A DNA stretch of 64,000 nt from Macrostomum lignano. Its lineage: Eukaryota. The stretch lies in contig NIVC01000065.1 in the NCBI GenBank assembly GCA_002269645.1, positions 186,001 through 250,000 on the forward strand. The letters run 5' to 3'. Positions 50,790 to 60,512 of the stretch are shown here, piece by piece (the first letter of the stretch is position 1; every line of letters starts with the position of its first letter). The position numbers and the translations under genes were made by a program. A model generated the notes under the pieces. It did no database searches, was not told the DNA's origin, and saw only the letters and a list, made by a program, of their open reading frames with translations.

Positions 50790-51430
50790 CAGGGGTGAGA
50801 TTACCGGAAATAGAGGAGATATTTTTTAAGACAAGATTCCTAAATATAGGGGTGATATTTTTTAAAACAAGGTAAAATTCCAAGAAATAGGGATGAGATT
50901 TCGAAGACAAGGTAAGATTCCAAGAAATAGGGATGAGATTTCGAAGACAAGGTAAGATTCCAGGGAATAGGGGTGAGAATTTTGAAGACAAGGTAAGATT
51001 CCAGGGAATAGGGGTGAGATTTTCGAAGACAAGGTAAGATTCTAAAAAATACTGTAGAGATGAGATTTTCGAAGAAAAGATAAGATTCTATCAAAAGAAA
51101 TTGTGATGAGATTTTCGAAGACAAGGTAAGATTCCAAGAAATATGGATGAGATTTCGAAGACAAGGTAAGATTCCAGGGAATAGAGGTGAGAATTTTGAA
51201 GACAAGGTAAGATTCCAGGGAATAGGGGTGAGATTTTCGAAGACAAGGTAAGATTCTAAAAAATAGAGATGAGGGTTTTGAAGACAAGTTAAGATTCTAA
51301 GAAATGGAGATGATATTTTTTAAGACAAGGTAGGATCCCAAGAAACAGAGATGAGATTTTCGAAGACAAGGCAAGATCCCAAGAAATAGGGGTGAGAGTT
51401 TTGTAGACAAGGTAAGAGTCCAAGAAATAA
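50790..51430. repeat. ~40-bp degenerate minisatellite (GAGATTTTCGAAGACAAGGTAAGATTCCAAGAAATAGGG)
   Basis: Recurrent GAAGACAAGGTAAGATTC core. Confidence 0.88.
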
Positions 51431-52790
51431 AATTGTGGTATAATTTATGAAAAAGACAAAGACAAAACAGGATTGAAAAAATCTCCAAGACATAGTAGGT
51501 ATTTTAGTATCAATGGATGTTTATATATGGGAATGAGATTAGCATAAACAGGATCAATATAAATAGAAATTAGGTTGCAGTGAGACTGAGACTTAGATCA
51601 TACATGTGCAATAACTGGCCAAACTGGCTTGGTAGAGGCTGCTAGCTAAAGATAAGTCAAAATTGACCCCCTAAAAACAAAAAAGCAAAAAAAGACATCA
51701 AAGAAGGAATGCAAGAAGGAAAAGAAGAGGAGACAGGAACATAAACAGAAGAAGCAACATACATACCTAACTTCAAAATTTTACCCAGCCAATGCAACTT
51801 TAGTTTTTTCCCAAAAAATTGCAACTTAGTTGCCTTTGGCTGCAACATTGTCTCTCTTTTTGCTTATTTCCTTTCTATTTTCTCCTTCCCTGCCCTTTCC
51901 TATGTCCAATTATTTTTCAGATTGGCATTTTTTTCAACTTACGTTGGTGAAACCTCTTGCCACCTAGCCAAATTGGCCAGATCAGTCTGGGTATTGGCAT
52001 TGGGCATATATGAGAAGCAACAGAAAAAGGTACAAAATATATAAATGAAAAATCAATAGAAAGGGGTTAGATAAGTCAAAATGATAGGATCAGACAAAAG
52101 CTAGAAAACTATGACATTCTAAGGATAAGCTAAGATTATTATCTGGGATAAACTATTATGTTGAATTGCATTTTCAATGATTAAAGAATTTGAAAAAAAT
52201 AAAGTCAAAAGTCAAGTGTGTATGATGCCAAAAAATTATAGCTAAGATAGGTTTATTGCCCACAAAAAGAATTTGATTATTTAAGTTTAAAGTTAATGCA
52301 ACACAAACAGATACAAACAATAGTAAGGTTTACAGTACATATTAATTCATGACTTATACTAAAAAACATTCTATAAATATTTAGACTTAAATTTTATAAA
52401 GCTGAAATATATACTTATAGTTACTTATACTTATACATACATTATACAAAGAGAAACAACAAAGAAATAACAGAGAGAACTTTTCCTAACAATATATTTA
52501 CTTTCATATAATAAAGGTTAAAAAATTAACCCAATGCAACTAAGCTTATTAATTTATTACATTCAAAGTAGGCCTACATATATCATTTAATAAGAAGGCT
52601 AAATTATATTTTTAAGCTAGTTCAATTTAGATTTCAAACATTTTGCAACTACTTCAAAAACAATATATCTAAAAAACTATTTGTTAATAAATTAAATATA
52701 GAAAAGTATCATTCAATTTTTTAGACTATATAATACATTTTATTATAAGCAGTCTTGTAAAACTAGAATGCTATTTAAACTTTAGTTATT

Positions 52791-52868
52791 CGCCATGACT
52801 AGGGACACGGCGGCCGTGCCTTTAACTCTATGTCTAAGGACATGGCCGCTGTGTCCCTAGTCATGGCG
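52791..52868. other. GC-rich 78-nt hairpin (about 30-bp stem, 17-nt loop) in AT-rich DNA downstream of the OST3/6 gene
   Basis: CGCCATGACTAGGGACACGGCGGCCGTGCC ... GGACATGGCCGCTGTGTCCCTAGTCATGGCG. Confidence 0.85.
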
Positions 52869-53105
52869 TTAATTATTATAGCTATGTTTTATAAATATGA
52901 ACTCTCTTATGTCTTGTTTCTTGTTTTTTCTTTTTTAGTATAGAATATATAGGCTTACAAAATGAATATATTGGATTGCAAATAAACTTAACAAATAGCT
53001 AGAAAGGAACAAAAACTGATAATATAGATTTTTACTCAAGTTCAATAGACTTGTTATTGCTGACTTGGCCATGTATCTATTTAGTCTTCATCAAGTCAAT
53101 CAAGT

Positions 53106-54086
53106 CTATCTAAACATAAAGCTATAAGGATAACCATTGTACTTGCTACGAAAGATAGAAAGCAAAAAACTAAAGAATATGGCAAAGATTCCAATCCCAG
53201 ACAGAGCAATGACCTTTCTTTTGCTAGCATCAATCTTAGATGACAAATGGGCCTCATTAAGAAGTACAACACTACCAACAATAGCAGCATACATTATATA
53301 AATGATAAAGGTTTCAGCAATGAATTGGAAGTCAGCACCAGGATAGATGTACATGAAGTTGGCACTGTTGGGATGCTTGTGCAAAAATGGTGGGCCGCGG
53401 ATGTGGTTCCACATTTGTCCAGAGATCATGGCAAAAATGATAGTTGTAGTGCAGATTCCCCAGGACTTCTTGTTGTAAATGAAGTCTAGGCTGCTTCGCT
53501 TGAGATACAGAACACCAACAGCCATGGACATCAGAATACCCAGGACCAGAGTCCATGAGTAGTTCGGTGGACGGAACACTCGGATCTGAATATCAGTTCT
53601 TTCAGTGATCCATCGGGCCATAACTTCAGCTTGAAAGCCAATACGATGAATGTCCATTACATCTCCTTTCTTAGGCTGACCCTTTGCGGGAAAATGAATA
53701 AACACAGGAGCGGAGTTTTGCTTCAGCATCGAGAAAACGTCAGATCCTTCGTCGAAGTCAACCATAGCGAAGAACAGAGAGCTTGTCCACGACTGCGCAT
53801 AGCGCCAGGAATTAGCCACAATTGTAAATTCTTCGTGAGCATACTTACAAACTTGACAGCCTCGTGAAGGCGACAACGCAGTCAACATTACGATAACAGA
53901 ATAGTTCTTAGGCGGTCCCCTGACATATTGGCGGAACTTATCAGAATTCAGTCGAATCACAGACTTCCTTGAACTCCAGTCGATGAGCTGTTGCACACGT
54001 TGCGAGAGAACTTGATCCTTTGCAGGATCAGCCGACGTGATTCCAATAACCAAGTAGAAAAACGTCCAATAAAAAATAAATTTCAT
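53106..54086 (-). CDS. TUSC3/MAGT1: Oligosaccharyltransferase subunit OST3/OST6 family (TUSC3/MAGT1), 326 aa, intronless CDS
   Basis: Signal peptide; thioredoxin-like CQVC motif; NSAPVFIHFP; IRVFRPPNY; AMISGQMWNHIRGPP; QFIAET; C-terminal FRSKYNGYPYSF. Confidence 0.95.
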   Translation of the reverse strand: MKFIFYWTFFYLVIGITSADPAKDQVLSQRVQQLIDWSSRKSVIRLNSDKFRQYVRGPPKNYSVIVMLTALSPSRGCQVCKYAHEEFTIVANSWRYAQSWTSSLFFAMVDFDEGSDVFSMLKQNSAPVFIHFPAKGQPKKGDVMDIHRIGFQAEVMARWITERTDIQIRVFRPPNYSWTLVLGILMSMAVGVLYLKRSSLDFIYNKKSWGICTTTIIFAMISGQMWNHIRGPPFLHKHPNSANFMYIYPGADFQFIAETFIIYIMYAAIVGSVVLLNEAHLSSKIDASKRKVIALSGIGIFAIFFSFLLSIFRSKYNGYPYSFMFR

Positions 54087-55256
54087 AGTAACTGTGGGTA
54101 GATGGAATGACGGCAGGAACTATTATCTAATTATTAACGTTAGGCGCACACTGACACGTCAAAGGCGAAGTAAGAACACTTAAGCGAATTTTCCATGAAA
54201 TCATATTCGCATTTTAAAATCGCGGCTACAGGTAACACGTTTAATTTAGGTGAGTAAAATAAATTGTTTTATTTAATTCGCTTTGTGTTCAACAAATAAA
54301 TTACAAACAATATACTCAATAATATACTATACTAATATACTAAAGTTATTTAAAAGTTGGAGTTGAAAGTTTGAATGCATAATTTAGGCTATATAGTTAT
54401 AGATGTCAATAAGAATGCAAATTTTCGTCGTGTTATTACATGGGTGCTCCCGTAACAAACTCTAAATTAATTGACTGCGTCGCAACTATCAATACGCAAA
54501 TTTATACCTCTGAATTATGAACATTTGTAATTTTTAATTAAAATCAGAAAAAATGTTCGCTCTATCGATCGCTATCATCAGCAAGGACGACATCGAGACA
54601 ACAATTGTAAATCGGTCATATAGGCGTCAGCACAAACGGATGCCCAGCAGCACTGTTATTGGATTTTTAACCTGATTGAAATGATAAAGGTTTCCATATG
54701 CAGGTTTTCATTGAGTTATATGCATGCAGTCAGAATTGTTCTTTATTAGTCGATCTGTAGCTATGGGGAAAAGACGACGATCATTACATTACGTTGTACA
54801 CATACACCTGTACTGCTGCTGAATATACATGTAGGAGTTCTCAGCTTGGTTTGGCCCATATATATATAGTGCTCGTAAATAGATTTAAGCACATGTATAT
54901 GCTTAAGAAAGATAGTTAACTTTTTTTCTGTCTTAACGGAAATTAGAGTTTACATGTACACATGTATATGGTATATAGTGTTCATGCACGTACTGCTGTA
55001 TGTTTTTTGTTTCAAGCACCATTACAATGCTTTTTACCACTAACAAAAGCCAAACACTGACAATAGGGAAATGACCTTGCTCTTTTCGTCATGCAGATAT
55101 AAAAATAATCCGATTGGGAAAGCCTTCCCAATCAGGTATCTCAGTGGAACGGAATTTTCGTACACATGTATCTTGGACATGCCCATGCACTAATGAGTTA
55201 ATTATTTAAGATCGCAAAAGCTACTGCATGGACAGCTCTTTTTCCTACCAACGACG

Positions 55257-56543
55257 ACGGATTTCCTGTTGCGGCGACGCGTGGGTCGACGTCAACCGGA
55301 GAGGCGGCTCAGCGTGCTTTGGCGATCTCGCCCTGCCGTCCTCAACGTCGAGAGGGCGCCCAGCGACAAATGGACAAGCTAGTTGCTGTTGCGGCGAGTG
55401 TCGGCCTGGTGGTCAAAACGCAGAAGACCGTCGTGCTCTGCGTGCCGGACGACATCGAGGCTGCGATTTCGTGCCGAGGCGCTGTTGGACAGGCGACAGA
55501 GCTTCCGCATTGTCAGCAGTTCGTCTACCTCGGCGGTCTGGTTCCTGGCGTCCGCAAGGATTTGCCTGGGCTGCCTTTCGTTCTGTGTGGGCAGTCCTGC
55601 CAGTCCGAGGCCTTACCTGATCGCCAGAGGGCGGCGTTGTTCTAGGCGGTGATTGAGACCGTCCTGCTGTACAACGCCGAGACCTGGACGCTGACGGAGT
55701 CGCTCGAGCAACAATTTCCCACTAGAAAACGGCCTAGCTAGTGGCAATCTAGGGGACCCCTAGGGGCCTAGGGGCATTCAAGGGGTCACTTTGAAACGAT
55801 CATTTGTGTAAAGTTATGACCAGGATGGCTCGAAATAGAATTGAAATAATCGAATTTACCCCATAAGTTGTATGAAATGAAAAAAAATACATCAGGGGAA
55901 ATTGAGGGGCTAGCCCCGTGCCAATTTATACCTAGGGGTTAGGTACTAGTAGAATGCCCCTACTGAATTAATAAAACAAAACGTGAAAATAGTTTAAGTG
56001 TATTTACCTAAAAAGTGTTACATAAAAAAGGAATGATGTAAAAAAGTTCATTACTTACTATTCACAATTTAAATAGTAAATTTTTAAACAGGGCAAATAA
56101 AATTTGATCTGATTTACGCTGCGAAATGACTTCATGCATTTCGCAACTTATTAGAGTGTCTTTATGTTTAGGGAATAAAATATAAGAGTTAGTTTCGGAT
56201 GTGTTCCTAATCCTAGGATTCCTATCAATTGACACGGCGCACGCTGGCCCTGCTGCGCGCCGCCTTCAAGATGGGCTACGAGCGAGTGACCAACGCGGCT
56301 TTGTATCGCCGCGCCGGCCTGGTCCGTCCAAGCGACTTGCTGAGCCGTCGGCGAATCCAGCTGGCAGGCCACATCATCCGCGCCGAGTCGTACTGCCCAG
56401 AGCCGGTGCCGGAGGTGCTGCTGCTAACGCTGCAGGCACCCTACCGGCGGAGGCAGGCGCGCACTCGGCGTTTCGTCGACTGCCTGCTGGCTGACGCTGG
56501 CGCCCCGAATTCGGCCGGCGGCGTGGCATCATTTGCGATCTAG
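55257..56543 (+). mobile_element. Decayed non-LTR RT C-terminal fragment (RTE-like), split by a 509-bp insertion at 55717-56225
   Basis: Motifs DLALPSST, GLVVKTQKT, QQFVYLGG, AWAAF, AVIETVLLYNAETWTL, then after the insert LLRAAF...TNAALYRRAGL...IQLAGHIIR; frameshifts and stops; CAATT duplicated around the insert. Confidence 0.8.
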
Positions 56544-57039
56544 GCGCGCCCTGTGACGCTATCTGCGTATTCTGTTGTCTGATGTTGTATGAACAGCTAG
56601 CAGAGACTACTGACGAAATTGAATTCAGTAGTAGTTGATTTTCGCGCTGATGCAAGTTGCAAAATTTTTGCACATTAGCTTTCACATTAGCCACCTGCTA
56701 AGTGGCTAGTGAGTGTCCCATCTTGTTTATATACATGTATGATCCTTGGTTTGGTCTAACTACATGTATCAACTTTGGCTGACAAAAGGCGTGCGATCAG
56801 TCAAATCACAGAGCTATAGTTATATGCACGACAGTCTGTTAAAATAAAATCGTATTTGCTCGCGCAGAAGCCAGCCAGCTATACAATCCAAATATTCAGA
56901 TCATTCTACTAGAGTCTTCTTGCTTGAGTAGTGCGCGCAAGAGTTTGGCATGCAGCCACATGTAGAAGAAAAGTTAAACAAAACCATGCATGCAATAGAG
57001 TCACCGATCGAAAAATAAATGAGCTGTATCACGCAAGTC

Positions 57040-57875
57040 CAGGGGCGTCGCCATGGATTTTATGGCGGGGGGACAAAGCCAACAATTGGACATGTACCGG
57101 TACGTGTACATGGAGTAAATTCCTACATGTACATTATTTTCAGAATCGGTGATGTTAGCATTCATTTTAGCGGCGCGGGCACTCATTTTAGCGCCGCAGG
57201 CACTCATTTTGGCGCCGCAGGCACTCATTTTGGCGCCGCAGGCACTCATTTTAGCGCCGCAGGCACTCATTATAGCGCCGCAGGCACTCATTTTAGCGCC
57301 ACAGGCACTCATTTTAGCGCCGCAGGCACTCATTATAGCGCCGCAGGCACTCATTATAGCGCCGCAGGCACTCATTTTAGCGCCACAGGCACTCATTTTA
57401 GCGCCGCAGGCACTCATTTTAGCGCCGGAGGCACTCATTTTGGAGCCGCAGGCACTCATTTTAGCGCCGCAGGCACTCATTTTGGCGCCGCAGGCACTCA
57501 TTTTAGCGCCGCAGGCACTCATTTTAGCGCCGCAGGCACTCATTTTAGCGCCGCAGGCACTCATTTTAGCGCCGCAGGCACTCATTTTAGCGCCGCAGGC
57601 ACTCATTTTAGCGCCGCAGGCACTCATTTTGGAGCCGCAGGCACTCATTTTAGCGCCGCAGGCACTCATTTTGGAGCCGCAGGCACTCATTTTAGCGCCG
57701 CAGGCACTCATTTTAGCGCCGCAGGCGCTGTTTGTCGCCCTGCAGCAAAATTATTGATTTCCATAACGGGTCATAAGCTGGTATGGGGTGGGGGACAAAG
57801 CATTGGCATTTACCCCCAGATCTTTTACTGGGGGGGGACATGTCCCCCTGTCCCCCTCGTTGGCGACGCCCCCTG
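57040..57875. mobile_element. Non-autonomous DNA transposon (MITE, hAT-like TIRs) with an internal 21-bp tandem array (about 57165-57725)
   Basis: TIRs CAGGGGCGTCGCCA / TGGCGACGCCCCCTG; 8-bp flanks CGCAAGTC / GATAAGTC (5 of 8 identical); internal unit GCAGGCACTCATTTTAGCGCC. Confidence 0.75.
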
Positions 57876-58090
57876 GATAAGTCGCTTAAATATGCTTCTA
57901 TATCAGAGAGGATGTTGTTAGGGATTATATAATCGCAAGGGAAGTCTCGGTGAGTTACAGCGTCAAATGGATTTCGCCCGAACGGGTTTTGTGCGATTAG
58001 AATTCAAGTTTTAATTGAAGCGACGATGTCACCTAGTGGGATCAGCTAGAAGCCTCTCAGAAACGGCAGGCGTCTAATGACAAATACACA

Positions 58091-58210
58091 TCCTACATCC
58101 GCTGAATGTCTGTGTAATGTAAAAGTACATTTTACATACATTATACTTTTATGTTCTTTGTACTCTGTATGTACTTTTTTACATTACACCGACATTCAGC
58201 CGATGTAGGA
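58091..58210. other. Long inverted repeat (about 40-bp arms, 40-nt spacer)
   Basis: TCCTACATCCGCTGAATGTCTGTGTAATGTAAAAGTACA pairs with TGTACTTTTTTACATTACACCGACATTCAGCCGATGTAGGA. Confidence 0.85.
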
Positions 58211-58849
58211 CGTCGTTATCCGTCGATGTAATGTAAAAAGCACATCTGTCATCGAAGTCGGGCAGACGTCGCTCACTGACGTCGGATTGCGTTACGGGGT
58301 CTGTGCGCTCATATACATGTACAATGTCTACATTATGCAGTTAACATACTGCACGCAGTGAGAGTGACGAGAGAGCGAGGCTAGAGTGCTTGTGCTGAAT
58401 AAATCTGGGTCGACTATAGCTGTGCTTCATTCGGTATTTTTTATCTACGTATTCCTATTGCACCTGCTGCTTTGTGTTCCGCGCGTGAAAAAAATTCTTT
58501 AAGGTTTGGCCCGCTATATAGACTATATCTGCAGAGTTTGCACCTGCATGCATGCGTGCGCAGAGGTTTTTATAGCTGGTTTTTTCATCTCGCAAATGAA
58601 AGTAAAAACTATCCAACTTTGACGGGGAAAAACAATTTTCGGATGAATTTTTCCGATTCGGCAAACAATTTGGTGAGACTCTTATTGTTGCATGTACGAG
58701 TAATTATATATGCGCTATGTACGTATGCACACGAAGTCGGGAATGTACAGACTAACATAATTCCTAAAACCTTTAATTACAACGGCAGTGGGAAATTTCT
58801 GAAGGAACAGCAAATAAAAGTTCAAATTCACAGCGTACAGTTTCGAATG

Positions 58850-59040
58850 TTGAAAGCACCCTTTGGTGAAAGCACCAAAGGGTGCTGGCGTCCCTTGGTG
58901 CTGGCGCCCCTTGGTGCTGGCGCCCCTTGGTGCTGGCGCCCTTTGGTGCTAAAGCCCCTTGGTGCTAAAGCCCCTTGGTGCTGGCATCTTAGGATCATAG
59001 GCATCTTAGCACCAGGGGCAAGGCGCCCTTGGTGCTGCTT
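58850..59040. repeat. Short GGTGCT-core repeat related (inverted) to the POU4-intron array, preceded by a 14-bp perfect hairpin (58855-58886)
   Basis: GGTGCTAAAGCCCCT is the reverse complement of AGGGGCTTTAGCACC; hairpin AGCACCCTTTGGTG-AAAG-CACCAAAGGGTGCT. Confidence 0.75.
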
Positions 59041-59869
59041 GGCGAGGCTCATACTTATTAAGTATCGAGAATTGCAGCTACTTGCATTTTTCTATTTTGC
59101 CGATACTGTAAATACTCGTCTGATACATTCAGGCATTTCCTGCAAATTATAACTAGTGCACTTGCCAATTTAGGTTCTTTTATTTAAAAAAACAACTTTT
59201 TAGTGCTACATATTTTTCGTAGTTCTCAATCATTACAACAAACGGGCCACCATTAAACTCGCGCATAAATTTTAAATGCGCAATAGAGTTCAGCGCGTTT
59301 GTGTCAGTGGTAAATGTACATTATTTTATACAATAGAAATCTATGTACATTTATTTACAGTCTCTGGGAGAGACATGCGGACTGCAAGTAATTACTGTAC
59401 AATCTAAGAGTTCTGAACTGCAACATATAACAAACTGGACTTTGACTTTAAGCAAAGAGCGAGGAGTGAACTGATAAGAGGGATAGAGTTTGGTTCAACG
59501 AGTGAAACGAGTTTGGCAATCTAAAATATAGCAGTAAATTGTTATATTTGAAATTTCAAATAGATTTTATTTAGCACACTATCCCGAACAACCGAAGTTA
59601 GCCGAAGCCTACCTGCTGCTGTGGTATGTACAGCCGATGTAACTTCTGTCGTTTGTGTCGTAATATCTGATTAGGAAACTAACAATTATTGGGAAGGTGT
59701 CAGCAATTATTTACCGGTTAACAAATTTTTACCTTCAGCAGAATTAATCAATAAAAAGTTTATTTTAAGCAATGCCGTCTTAATTCAGCTGAAACCAAAA
59801 TCCATTATTAATAAGCTCACTTCAAATCGGGTTAGCAGGTAACTATTTGTAAGGACGCAGAGGAGAAAG

Positions 59870-60460
59870 CGGATAGAGGCAGATAGATGGTGGATAGAAA
59901 GGTAGGTAGAGGTCATATAGAGGCAGGTAGAAGGCGGATAGAGAAGCAGGTAGAGGGCGGATAGAGAGACAGATAGAGGGCGGATAGAGAAGCAGGTAGA
60001 GAGCGGAGAGACAAGTAGAAGTCAGATAGAGAGACAGGTAGAGAGCGGATAGAGAGACAGGTAGAGAGCGGATAGAGAGACAGATAGAGGGCAGACAGAA
60101 AGACAGGTAGGGGGCGGATCGAGACAGGTAGAGGATGGATAGAGGCAGGTAGAGGGCGGATAGAGAGACAAGTAGAAGTCAGATAGAGAGACAGGTAGAG
60201 AGCGGATAGAGAGACAGGTAGAGAGCAGATAGAGAGACAGATAGAGGGCAGACAGAAAGACAGGTAGGGGGCGGATCGAGACAGGTAGAGGATGGATAGA
60301 GGCAGGTAGAGGGCGGATAGAGAGACAAGTAGAAGTCAGATAGAGAGACGGGTAGAGGGAGGATAGAGAGACAGATAGAGAGCGGATAGCGATAGGTAGA
60401 GGGCGGATAGAGATAGGTAGAGGGCGGATAAAAGGCAGGAAGAGGGCGGATCGAGGCAAG
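59870..60460. repeat. Purine-rich (GA) compound repeat upstream of NRAMP
   Basis: GGCGGATAGAGAGACAGGTAGA-type units with longer duplicated blocks. Confidence 0.88.
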
Positions 60461-60512
60461 TAGAGATACAGGACACGAACCCCTTCCTCAGTCCTCAGCT
60501 GAAGCCATCGGG

